A DNA stretch of 64,000 nt, taken from NCBI GenBank assembly GCA_032718475.1, contig JAUCBJ010007250.1, positions 585 to 64,584 on the forward strand, in the 5' to 3' direction. A program made the translations under genes and the position numbers. The notes under the pieces are model-generated. The model saw only the letters and a program-made list of their open reading frames with translations, made no database searches and was not told the origin of the DNA. Positions 9,531 to 19,248 of this stretch are shown here, piece after piece. The first letter of the stretch is position 1; each line of letters opens with the position of its first letter. The DNA comes from Nemertoderma westbladi (lineage: Eukaryota > Animalia > Xenacoelomorpha).

Positions 9531-12500
9531 ATGAGTGACAAACAAGACTATACGAAGAATACACAAACCGACTATGACTCATGTGACGCGGATAAGTCAG
9601 CAGCGGAAGAACCACAGGGGAAGACTCGCGAGCCTACCGAACCTACACCGTGTGCGTCACCAGTACATCCAACGGGAGTACCGGATGCCGTAGTACGAGG
9701 CGACGGCAGGACCGAGGACTTTCTAACTGTTCCGCAACCTAGATATAGGGAAACGGAAATGGTAAGTTCAGCAGGAAGCACAGAAAGTGTGGTTAGAAGC
9801 GTCGGTGGTTACATGGCGCATATTACCAGGAGTATTGGAGAAGGCCAACGCATATTAGACGGGTTGACCGCTCCGATGTCTCGATTCGAGTTCTACACCC
9901 TCCAGGTTAGAGTACAGAGTAAAGTATATAAGTCCGTAGATAATCTAGTTGGCCTACAAGATCTAGCTAGACAGAGACAGGACATGGATACTCAACTTAG
10001 AATCCTCGAGAAACTAATGATCACTAGAGAGAAACTGATTCAGTTTAAGTCGACGATTAGACAGATACAACAGGAACAAGCGGACCAGTTGCTAGGTGAG
10101 TCAGTTTCGGACGAATTATTACAGCCCGAGGAAGAACAGGAACTGTACCGACTGGATGGACAATTGAAACACCTGACGGATCACTTGCGCATGTGCGGCG
10201 AAGACGTCGGGGATTGGGAAACCGTGCCGGAGGCTACGAGGGAAACTTCACTCGCACAAATCGAACTGGCACCGGGAACACTAAATCAATCACTGGTGAG
10301 TATTCGTAGCGAAATCTGCGAAGGAAGTATGGTCACGTCAGAAGTCGCTCGACAACAGCAAGAATTCTGCCGACAACGACAAGAAATGGAAGAACAAGCT
10401 CAACTTCTAGTGATGCAAGCAGCAGTAGAGGAAGAGAAGCTACGCGTTGCGAATATAGTAAGAATATCTCATCTACAGGAACAAGCTGAATTAGAAGCAG
10501 CTGAAGTAGAAAGGTTAGAGTTAGACATTGCCCGACAAGCGGCAGCGGCAGCGGCCGAGTTAGAGCGACAAAACGCGGCGGCCGAGTTAGAGCGACAAAA
10601 CGCAGCGGCCGAACTGGAGCGACAAACGGCAGCGGCAGCGGCGGAATTAAAACGAGAAAGGTTAGTCTCAGAAGCACGGGCCGAAATGAGAACACGGCAA
10701 ATAAAAGCTCAATCTGCTATACGACAAGCAGAATTTGAGGCGCAACAACGACAAACGGAACAACGAGAGAAGACAGCTAAACTTCATTTCGAACTTGAGA
10801 AGAAGGCGAGAGAATTAGCGAACGCTGAGGAAGATCTGGATCAAAGGGCCCGCGATCGATCGATGAGATCTCGTGACGGACATGATTTGGACCAGTTAGA
10901 GGTAAGACATCGCCAAATTCAGGAACGGAAGAAGGAAGGAAGCGTAGGAGCACCCGGACGGGAACGACAATTAGTAAAGGACGTGTGTCAACGATTCCCA
11001 CAGGTAACTCATATGTTTGCACCGGTTACGACTAAGGAACCTGTTTCGATTGCGGGTAGTAGTAACATTTCTCCTATCCATGGTGCGACGGAACACAGGT
11101 TTGTTATTCCGGACGAGTTTACACCGCCAAGAGCAACGTCGTCGCCTATTCCGAAAGTCAAGGTAAGTAACCCACCGATTACGGATCGTAGTAGTTTATT
11201 GACCGGACCTGCACTACTGACGACAAAACAGGTGAGTCCACCGTCGACACCTAAACCCGTTACACACTACGCTTACCCAATGACGTTTCGACCAACAAGG
11301 CCTTTGGATTCAAATGCTGTCACTCGACCACCGGTTCAGTTTACATCGCAATCTACGACTTCGAGGAAGACTTGTGAGCCTACCGAACAACGGAGAACAG
11401 TGGATACGCGACCGGTTCAGTTTACATCGCAATCTACGACTTCGAGGAAGACTTGTGAGCCTACCGAACAACGGAGAACAGTGGATACGCGACCGGTTCA
11501 GTTTACATCGCAATCTACGACTTCGAGGAAGACTTGTGAGCCTACCGAACAACGGAGAACAGTGGATACGCGACCGGTTCAGTTTACATCGCAATCTACG
11601 ACTTCGAGGAAGACTTGTGAGCCTACCGAACAACGGAGAACAGTGGATACGCGACCGGTTCAGTTTACATCGCAATCTACGACTTCGAGGAAGACTTGTG
11701 AGCCTACCGAACAACGGAGAACAGTGGATACGCGACCGGTTCAGTTTACATCGCAATCTACGACTTCGAGGAAGACTTGTGAGCCTACCGAACAACGGAG
11801 AACAGTGGATACGCGACCGGTTCAGTTTACATCGCAATCTACGACTTCGAGGAAGACTTGTGAGCCTACCGAACAACGAAAGCGAGACGATGTTCCGAAA
11901 CGAACCGTTAGAATTAGTACGACGCAACGGACGCGAGCACGTCGACCACCATATCCAGATGATAGTAGTACTTCGAGCGAATCGGATTACCCGAAACGCG
12001 AGGTATTTAGAACAGGGGCGGCCGATGAATACAAACGCGAGCGTTCAGACAACTCCTTTGCAGACAATCCTCCACAGAATACACCAACACAGAAGGCGTT
12101 ACAACCAACGGACGCAATTAGTACACAACAGTTCGCCGACATCCTGCGACCAGTTGTCAATAAGTTGGCTCAAATCGAGGAACGTCTGGAGGAAGGTTAC
12201 ACCGACAGTTCGAGAAACTCCGAATTCGAACCCAATAAACACCCGAAGGAACCACAAAGACCGGTACCTTCAAACCCCACATCGTATCAAAGAAAAACGC
12301 CAAGAAGGGAGAACAACAACCCGGTTGCCAACCAAGGACGCGAAACTTTGAACGTTGCCGAGGAGATAGCGAAATTCGCAGCCAGACAGGGATTGCCGGT
12401 ACAACAACCACCGAAGTTTTCCGGTAGCTCAAAACACTGGCATACCTTCGTAGACTATATCGAATCCCAGATCGCCGTGTGCGCCTTTACATCACGGGAG

Positions 12501-15500
12501 AAGTTCAATTACCTGCTCCAAATGTTGTCAGGAGAACCTAAACGTTTGGCGGAGACCTTCGTTGGTGTACCGGACGCTTTCGAACTAGCGTACGATCGTT
12601 TGACTTCGATATACGGAGGTACAGTGAGTATGGCCAGGTCAGTAATAGAGGAACTCTGTAAGGGAGGGGCTATCACTAAACCCGTCGACTTACTAAAACT
12701 GGCTGACGAGATTAAGAACGCTATCACTACCTTAAGATCAATTGGACAACTTGATTACGGGAATACCCCTACAGTTCTATTAAAGATAATAGGACGACTC
12801 CACCATCGACTTCGTCGGGAGTGGAGGAAGGTCGAATACCAGCGAGAGGAGCGAGGAGGATTCCTAAAATTAGAAGATGTGTACCTTTTAATATCCAGGG
12901 AGGCGGTAGTTGAAACTCGATCTAACTATACCGACCAGCACATCGTGGCAGAAGGGATCACACTGCCATCCTCCAACCGACAAAAACCCCAGACAACATC
13001 CACAAAGACGGCCACTTACGCCACACCGACGGAATCACGACAATTCTCAGACGGTAATAGAGTATCTGCGCCCATTGGAACGAAACAGACGAGACAGCAA
13101 CTCAGCGCCGACTTCAACGGCTGCCAATACTGCGAACATTTAGGTAAGCGGTATATTGGTCACAAGTTACGAGGTTGTCGACAATTTCGCGAGTTGAACT
13201 CAGAAGAACGACGGCTGCAGATACGGCCACTGGACTCTTGTTGGCGGTGTACGCGACACGGACACGTCCGTAAGGATTGCCCAAATACCGACACTTGTCC
13301 ATCCTGTGGACGCAACCACGACGGTCTGCTCCACACAGACAGCCACACGCCGACGAAACGCTTCGCCAGGGAACACCCGGAAGCAGCAGCGAGATGTGAT
13401 GCGGCCTACCGAAAACGAGAATCGAAAACGACTCCAACATTCGTGACCCATATAGAGGATTGCTTTTCAGAACAATCCGGATCGTCGGACGAAGAATCAG
13501 ACGACGACGAATATTCTAATGGAGACGAACAACCGTCAATCGCGCTCCTGACCACTGACCAACTGAAGGGATTCAGTGTAATCCCGATTAAAGTTACTGG
13601 CACAAAGGGGAGCAAAAGAATCTACGCGATTCTAGACTCAGCCTCATCTCACAGTTACGTGGATGAAAAGATAGCTGACGTCGTAACGGATCTCAGACAA
13701 GGTAAACACGTCAGTTATACAGTAAGTAGTATGCACGGCCAGCGTGCAATACCAGTGACACGAGTTAAGTTGGACTTAGACTCTCTTCTTCCAAAATCGC
13801 AACACAGCGAGAGGGAGAGGTCTTTGTTGCCCTTTAGAGATCTAACCTTTGCGGCCACGAAGGACTTTAGTAACCTACTAGGTCCAGTGCCGGAACAATC
13901 TCTGGAGGACCGTAAGTATTTCAGACACCTTGGTGTACCCGAATGTCCTGTCAATTATAGATCGGTAGCAATGCTGATCGGGACGGACCAATTCAACCTA
14001 CATCAGGTGTGGGAAACCAGACCATCGGCAGTTGTAGCGGGAAACGCATACGCCTGCAGAACGCCGATAGGGTGGTATACTCGAGCGCCTGTGCGCACAC
14101 TAGACGTAAGTGACGAGGAAGACGACGTACAGAGTACATGTAGTTTATTGACTACAAACTCAATTCATTCCTTTTCACACGACGTGAACCATACTACGCT
14201 ACAGTCGACAAAACATGACAGACGTGTAACTAGTATGATAAGTCACAAGGAGCAGCTAACCCACAAGGTGAGTTTAGAACTTGGGGAGAAGACGAATCAG
14301 CTAGAGATTCCATCGACGACAGATGATAGGCTTGCGAGTCTACCTACCCCAACAACCTCAACAGTGCCCGTCGATATCGACGATGACGCGTTGAAAATTC
14401 ATCAGTTGGAACAAGCCGCCTTGGACAAAGAATTAACGGAGAAGACTATCAGGTGGTTAGAACAAGATACAGCTGAACCTGGTAGCTACGAACCTTGTAT
14501 GTCGGAACAGGAGAAACAATCTCTGAAGATCATGGAGGATACTATCCGACAGACGGAGGACGGACATTACGAGGTGGGTATGTTATGGCGTAGCCAAAGT
14601 CCTAAACTTATAAACAACTACCCACTGGCTTTAAGACGTCTACACTCAATACGGCAACGTCTATTAAAGGACGAGAAAGCCCATCTGCAGTACAACACTC
14701 AGATGGAGACGTATTTGACGAAGGGATACGCTATCCGAATGACTAACCCGGAGCAAGTGACCGACCAGACATACTACCTGCCACATCACTATGTGAGACA
14801 TCCCGACAAACCAGACAAAGTACGCGTAGTCAATGACTGTGCGGCTCTGTTTGAGGGAATGTCCCTCAATAGTGAGTTGATGGATGGACCGAACATGAAT
14901 AATTATCTTATGGGGGTGATTATGCGCTTCCGTCAGCGTCAAGTAGCCTTTACTTGCGACGTTGAAGCGATGTTTCACCAAGTGAAAGCGTTAGAGCGAG
15001 ACAGAGACAGTTTGCGGTTTCTCTGGTATCCGGAAGGGGACTTAAGTCTACCACCAGCGACTTACCAAATGCAAGTTCGCGTTTTCGGTGCCAGAGACAG
15101 CCCAAATTGTACGATGTACGCCTTGAAGCAAGCCGCTAGAGATCAGAAACATTTGTATGACCCAGAGATAATTAGAATTGTAGAACGTGACTTTTACGTT
15201 GATGACGGTTTACAAAGTTGCGACACAGTAGAACGTGCTACAACAGTAGCACATCAATTACGGGACTGCTTGGCGGGCGGAGGTTTTAACCTCACCAAAT
15301 TCGCCTCAAACAGTGCCGAATTAGTTGACTCATTCGGAACTACTGAGCGTGGAGGTGGTGACATAGACCTAGAGTTCGAACCACTACCGACGACTAAGGT
15401 GTTGGGGCTCTTTTGGGACCCAAACACAGACAACTTTCGAGTGAAGGTGAGACTGGACAGTCAAGGAAACACACTGACCAAGAGATCATGCTTGTCAAAG

Positions 15501-18500
15501 TTGAGCCGATTGTTCGACCCGTTAGGATTCATCAGTCCAGTGATACTGCAAGCCCGCATTTATATGCGCAGTATATGGAAGGATGGACTAACGTGGGACG
15601 AGCCGATCTCATCAGACCAAGTGGACTTATGGAAGACCTGGGAGGCGGAATTGTCTTCGCTAGAGGATTATTTCATACCCAGGGTTTACTTTCCATTACA
15701 GAGTACATTTCCTGACAACTTAGAACTACACTGTTTTTCTGACGCCAGTGACAACGGTTTTGGTGTGGCAGCGTATTTGCGCAGACAAGTAGAATCAGAC
15801 GAGTTCGATGTTTCGCTCATTACTTCCAAGGCTAAGACCATGCCTACTAAGTATATGACGACACCACGAGCCGAGCTACAAGCCGCGACCCTGTCAACCA
15901 CCATCGTGAACCTCATACAGACAGAACTACAGTCGAGTTTACAGATATTTTATTGGACTGACGCGACGTTGGTTTTATTTTACATAAACAACGACACACT
16001 CGAATTCAAGACATTCGTAGCTAACCGTCGCGCAGAGATTCTAGACCGTTCGATAAAAGAGGATTGGCGACATTGTCCCGGACCACAAAACCCAGCTGAT
16101 ATTGCGTCGCGAGGAATGATGCCTGAGGAATTCTGTAAACCGGAGAACAAAGAGTTTTGGCAACACGGACCCCAGTTCTTGCAGAAATCGACACAAGATT
16201 GGCCTCCGCTATACGACAACAAGTCCAACACCATTCCTAAGGACGCCGAAATCAAGAAACCAAAAAAGGGGAAGACAAAGAAAAGGACAACGGCGGCGAA
16301 ACTAAAGAAAAAACCGAAGGCGAAATGGAAGGATATAACTTCAAAGGTCAAGAGAGGAAGACTTGCGAGCCTTTCTACACCAGACATATCGCCAGACGGT
16401 CGACCAGACATATCGCCAGACGGTCAACCAGACACTTTACTAGACAGTCAACCAGACATTTTGCCAGACATATCACAAAATGTTCCACCAGACGCTAGTA
16501 ACACACTGACAAACAGTAAAGCCGCAGTTTCTCTATTGGAGCGGCCTTCTATTGACAAACAACTAGATACGTTACCAGACGTATCGCCAGACACATTACT
16601 AGACAGTCGACTAGACACTAGTAATGTATTGACTAACGATAAAGCCGCAGTTTCCCTATTGGAGCGGCCTTGTATTGACAAACTACCAATTTTGACACAC
16701 TTGAGCAACCATAAGCACGGTGAAACCTCATGTATTACAGATGTGGGTAGTACCTACGCTAATGTAAATACAGGTGTTACTCTGCGCTCAAGAGACATAC
16801 CGAACTTGCAACCTATAGTGAGACCTGGGATTAATGTCGGCAGGAAAATAAGTTTACCGAAACCTGCTGACCCCATAGAGTTCAAACCACCATTAACGAT
16901 CGACTTACAAAGTACCGACAATCAAGGTAAGAAGACGAAGAAGGACAAATTACTTGTAGACCCGGACGGATCAACAGTCAACAAGGGAATACTTACCGGC
17001 GGACCCGTGGGCCCTTCTAGTAATTCAAAACCTTCCAAAATCTCCATTGACTTACCTGATGACGTCACAAATACTTACGTCGACCGAATTGTAAACTTAA
17101 CAGACTCTTGGTCGAACGCTTGCCGAAAATTAGCGTGGATTGTACGTTTCGTACAATACGTTAAAGGCAAACGTGACTTTACACGTCGACTTACATTGGC
17201 TGAGATTGACAGGTGTGAGATTAAATTAATTCGCCATTACCAACTGCGATATTTCGCGCGCGAATTCACATCCATAAATCAAGGTCAACCAATCAAGTCG
17301 TCACCGATACTGAGTTGGAGTCCGATTATTTATAATGGCTTAATTTGTCATAAATCTCGGCTTCAAAACATTGACTTTAACACAAACTTTAGGTACCCAA
17401 TAATAATACCGCAACACCACGAACTACAACGTGCAATGATACTGGACGCACATTTACATCTGAAACACGCTGGAAGACACCACTGTCTTTCCTACTTACG
17501 TACTAGATTTGTATTAATTAGACCCAGTAAAGCATTGAGTTCAGTGACACGTACGTGTATTATTTGTAAAAAGGTACATTCTAGAATAGGTACCCAAGAA
17601 ATGAGTGAACTATCACAAGCACGACTTCAAGCATTCAGACCACCTTTTACAGAGACTGGAATTGATTGCTTTGGTCCCATACATACGAAACGTGGACGTA
17701 TACTAGTAAAACGCTGGGGACTGATTTTCACATGTATGTCCAGTAGGGCAGTTCACATTGAACGTGTGATGGATCTTTCCACCAACGCGTTTATACTAGC
17801 ACTGCGGCGATTTATCGCTAGACGCGGACTAGTAAAATGCTTGTACTCAGACCAAGGGACAAACTTTGTTGGTGCTCGGAATGAGATTGCTAGAGCCTTT
17901 AAGAGATTAGATCATGATCAAATCTCGAACGAACTGCAACCTCACAAGATTGTTTGGAAGTTTAATCCTCCAGATAGTCCTTGGAGAGGCGGAGTCTGGG
18001 AGAGATTGATTAGATCTATCAAAACGGCCATGGCAAAGGTCATTCCAGTAAACCACATATTAACAGACGACCAACTGACAACATTGTTTGTTGAAATCGA
18101 GGCAATACTAAATACTAGACCAATAGTATTAGTACCCGATGACAAACAATCTCAGTTCGCTTTAACACCAGCACACCTGCTTATGCAGGCACCGACCACA
18201 TTGACGCCGATTTCCATTCCAATGGAAAGTGATAGTTACGGTAGAAAAGCGTGGAAAATCACGCAACTACTGGCTAACAAATTCTGGGAAATATGGCAAA
18301 ACCATTATTTGCCCTCTATTTCTGCCAGAACAACATGGTACAATAACACCCGCGCATTAAAGCCGGGAGATCACGTGCTGTTGGCAGAAGTGAATCTAAA
18401 AAGACGCTTCTGGATAACAGGTGTCATTTTAGCCACACATCCATCTATGGATGGAGTGACAAGAACTGTGACGGTACGAACAATTGACGGTCGTACAGTA

Positions 18501-18587
18501 GACAGACCAACTCAACGTCTCGTACTTCTTGAAGAGACTCGTAACGAGTCTGGAGACTACAAATCTCCACCTAATACTAGTAAATAA
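9531..18587 (+). CDS. gag-pol: BEL/Pao Gag-Pol polyprotein (3018 aa)
   Basis: Coiled-coil N-terminus; PPKFSG...W Gag core; triple Cys/His cluster (CWRCTRHGHVRKDC, CPSCGRNHDGLLH); protease AILDSAS; RT YYLPHH and FYVDDG; RNase H HCFSDAS, PRAEL, YWTDA; integrase GIDCFGP, YSDQGTNF, WERLI. Confidence 0.97.
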   Translation: MSDKQDYTKNTQTDYDSCDADKSAAEEPQGKTREPTEPTPCASPVHPTGVPDAVVRGDGRTEDFLTVPQPRYRETEMVSSAGSTESVVRSVGGYMAHITRSIGEGQRILDGLTAPMSRFEFYTLQVRVQSKVYKSVDNLVGLQDLARQRQDMDTQLRILEKLMITREKLIQFKSTIRQIQQEQADQLLGESVSDELLQPEEEQELYRLDGQLKHLTDHLRMCGEDVGDWETVPEATRETSLAQIELAPGTLNQSLVSIRSEICEGSMVTSEVARQQQEFCRQRQEMEEQAQLLVMQAAVEEEKLRVANIVRISHLQEQAELEAAEVERLELDIARQAAAAAAELERQNAAAELERQNAAAELERQTAAAAAELKRERLVSEARAEMRTRQIKAQSAIRQAEFEAQQRQTEQREKTAKLHFELEKKARELANAEEDLDQRARDRSMRSRDGHDLDQLEVRHRQIQERKKEGSVGAPGRERQLVKDVCQRFPQVTHMFAPVTTKEPVSIAGSSNISPIHGATEHRFVIPDEFTPPRATSSPIPKVKVSNPPITDRSSLLTGPALLTTKQVSPPSTPKPVTHYAYPMTFRPTRPLDSNAVTRPPVQFTSQSTTSRKTCEPTEQRRTVDTRPVQFTSQSTTSRKTCEPTEQRRTVDTRPVQFTSQSTTSRKTCEPTEQRRTVDTRPVQFTSQSTTSRKTCEPTEQRRTVDTRPVQFTSQSTTSRKTCEPTEQRRTVDTRPVQFTSQSTTSRKTCEPTEQRRTVDTRPVQFTSQSTTSRKTCEPTEQRKRDDVPKRTVRISTTQRTRARRPPYPDDSSTSSESDYPKREVFRTGAADEYKRERSDNSFADNPPQNTPTQKALQPTDAISTQQFADILRPVVNKLAQIEERLEEGYTDSSRNSEFEPNKHPKEPQRPVPSNPTSYQRKTPRRENNNPVANQGRETLNVAEEIAKFAARQGLPVQQPPKFSGSSKHWHTFVDYIESQIAVCAFTSREKFNYLLQMLSGEPKRLAETFVGVPDAFELAYDRLTSIYGGTVSMARSVIEELCKGGAITKPVDLLKLADEIKNAITTLRSIGQLDYGNTPTVLLKIIGRLHHRLRREWRKVEYQREERGGFLKLEDVYLLISREAVVETRSNYTDQHIVAEGITLPSSNRQKPQTTSTKTATYATPTESRQFSDGNRVSAPIGTKQTRQQLSADFNGCQYCEHLGKRYIGHKLRGCRQFRELNSEERRLQIRPLDSCWRCTRHGHVRKDCPNTDTCPSCGRNHDGLLHTDSHTPTKRFAREHPEAAARCDAAYRKRESKTTPTFVTHIEDCFSEQSGSSDEESDDDEYSNGDEQPSIALLTTDQLKGFSVIPIKVTGTKGSKRIYAILDSASSHSYVDEKIADVVTDLRQGKHVSYTVSSMHGQRAIPVTRVKLDLDSLLPKSQHSERERSLLPFRDLTFAATKDFSNLLGPVPEQSLEDRKYFRHLGVPECPVNYRSVAMLIGTDQFNLHQVWETRPSAVVAGNAYACRTPIGWYTRAPVRTLDVSDEEDDVQSTCSLLTTNSIHSFSHDVNHTTLQSTKHDRRVTSMISHKEQLTHKVSLELGEKTNQLEIPSTTDDRLASLPTPTTSTVPVDIDDDALKIHQLEQAALDKELTEKTIRWLEQDTAEPGSYEPCMSEQEKQSLKIMEDTIRQTEDGHYEVGMLWRSQSPKLINNYPLALRRLHSIRQRLLKDEKAHLQYNTQMETYLTKGYAIRMTNPEQVTDQTYYLPHHYVRHPDKPDKVRVVNDCAALFEGMSLNSELMDGPNMNNYLMGVIMRFRQRQVAFTCDVEAMFHQVKALERDRDSLRFLWYPEGDLSLPPATYQMQVRVFGARDSPNCTMYALKQAARDQKHLYDPEIIRIVERDFYVDDGLQSCDTVERATTVAHQLRDCLAGGGFNLTKFASNSAELVDSFGTTERGGGDIDLEFEPLPTTKVLGLFWDPNTDNFRVKVRLDSQGNTLTKRSCLSKLSRLFDPLGFISPVILQARIYMRSIWKDGLTWDEPISSDQVDLWKTWEAELSSLEDYFIPRVYFPLQSTFPDNLELHCFSDASDNGFGVAAYLRRQVESDEFDVSLITSKAKTMPTKYMTTPRAELQAATLSTTIVNLIQTELQSSLQIFYWTDATLVLFYINNDTLEFKTFVANRRAEILDRSIKEDWRHCPGPQNPADIASRGMMPEEFCKPENKEFWQHGPQFLQKSTQDWPPLYDNKSNTIPKDAEIKKPKKGKTKKRTTAAKLKKKPKAKWKDITSKVKRGRLASLSTPDISPDGRPDISPDGQPDTLLDSQPDILPDISQNVPPDASNTLTNSKAAVSLLERPSIDKQLDTLPDVSPDTLLDSRLDTSNVLTNDKAAVSLLERPCIDKLPILTHLSNHKHGETSCITDVGSTYANVNTGVTLRSRDIPNLQPIVRPGINVGRKISLPKPADPIEFKPPLTIDLQSTDNQGKKTKKDKLLVDPDGSTVNKGILTGGPVGPSSNSKPSKISIDLPDDVTNTYVDRIVNLTDSWSNACRKLAWIVRFVQYVKGKRDFTRRLTLAEIDRCEIKLIRHYQLRYFAREFTSINQGQPIKSSPILSWSPIIYNGLICHKSRLQNIDFNTNFRYPIIIPQHHELQRAMILDAHLHLKHAGRHHCLSYLRTRFVLIRPSKALSSVTRTCIICKKVHSRIGTQEMSELSQARLQAFRPPFTETGIDCFGPIHTKRGRILVKRWGLIFTCMSSRAVHIERVMDLSTNAFILALRRFIARRGLVKCLYSDQGTNFVGARNEIARAFKRLDHDQISNELQPHKIVWKFNPPDSPWRGGVWERLIRSIKTAMAKVIPVNHILTDDQLTTLFVEIEAILNTRPIVLVPDDKQSQFALTPAHLLMQAPTTLTPISIPMESDSYGRKAWKITQLLANKFWEIWQNHYLPSISARTTWYNNTRALKPGDHVLLAEVNLKRRFWITGVILATHPSMDGVTRTVTVRTIDGRTVDRPTQRLVLLEETRNESGDYKSPPNTSK
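11330..11878 (+). repeat. 81-bp coding tandem repeat (~6.8 identical copies, 27 aa unit) in gag of A
   Basis: Unit RPVQFTSQSTTSRKTCEPTEQRRTVDT; GGAAGACTTGTGAGCC recurs at 11365, 11446 ... 11851. Confidence 0.97.
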
Positions 18588-19248
18588 TTAGGAGTTTACA
18601 AATAGACTTCCACGTACCTGTACACCGTAGTAAGGACAGCGGTAGAATTCCATTGTCTTTATATGTGAACATTGAGGGTAGTACCCTTATGTGTCACATA
18701 GGAGCGGGATTTGTAGGTATAAGAAATGGAATTCTACTTGGAACTCACAATATTGAGACATTTTCGAAATTTTAGACAATCCATTTGGATTTGAAAAATT
18801 TTAAAAATTTTCTCCAGTGAATAGATTTCAGGGTACAGTCGGGTGGAACTTAAAATTAGAGAAACAAGAGAGGAAGACTTGCGAGCCTTTCTTAAAATTT
18901 TTAATTAAATTTTACACGGTCTTGTTTCAATAAGTTACGTCAAAATAGACTCACCTATATTTATTACTAATTCTTGATTGCTTATTTTCTGATAATAGTT
19001 TGGGATCAAAAGGTGAGTATTTTAGACTCACGGCCAGTTTAGCCCAAATTCGTTTTTACTTCGGCAAAAAATTTTAGATAAGAAGCAGCGTGTCATTAAA
19101 GAAACCCTAGATCTTAGGCTATGGGTAGGAGGTTAGAGCGTTGTCGAAGCCCAAAGGGCAGACGAAACTCTCACGTCTCCTCACAACTAACTACAAACTC
19201 TGTTGTATTCCCTCTAGTAGTAATGATTATGTAACTACACCTCTAATT

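Noticed and set aside
11330-11878. CRISPR-like appearance of regular repeats (also 47483-48593)
   Set aside because: Units are contiguous with no unique spacers, there are no cas genes, and the context is eukaryotic transposons.
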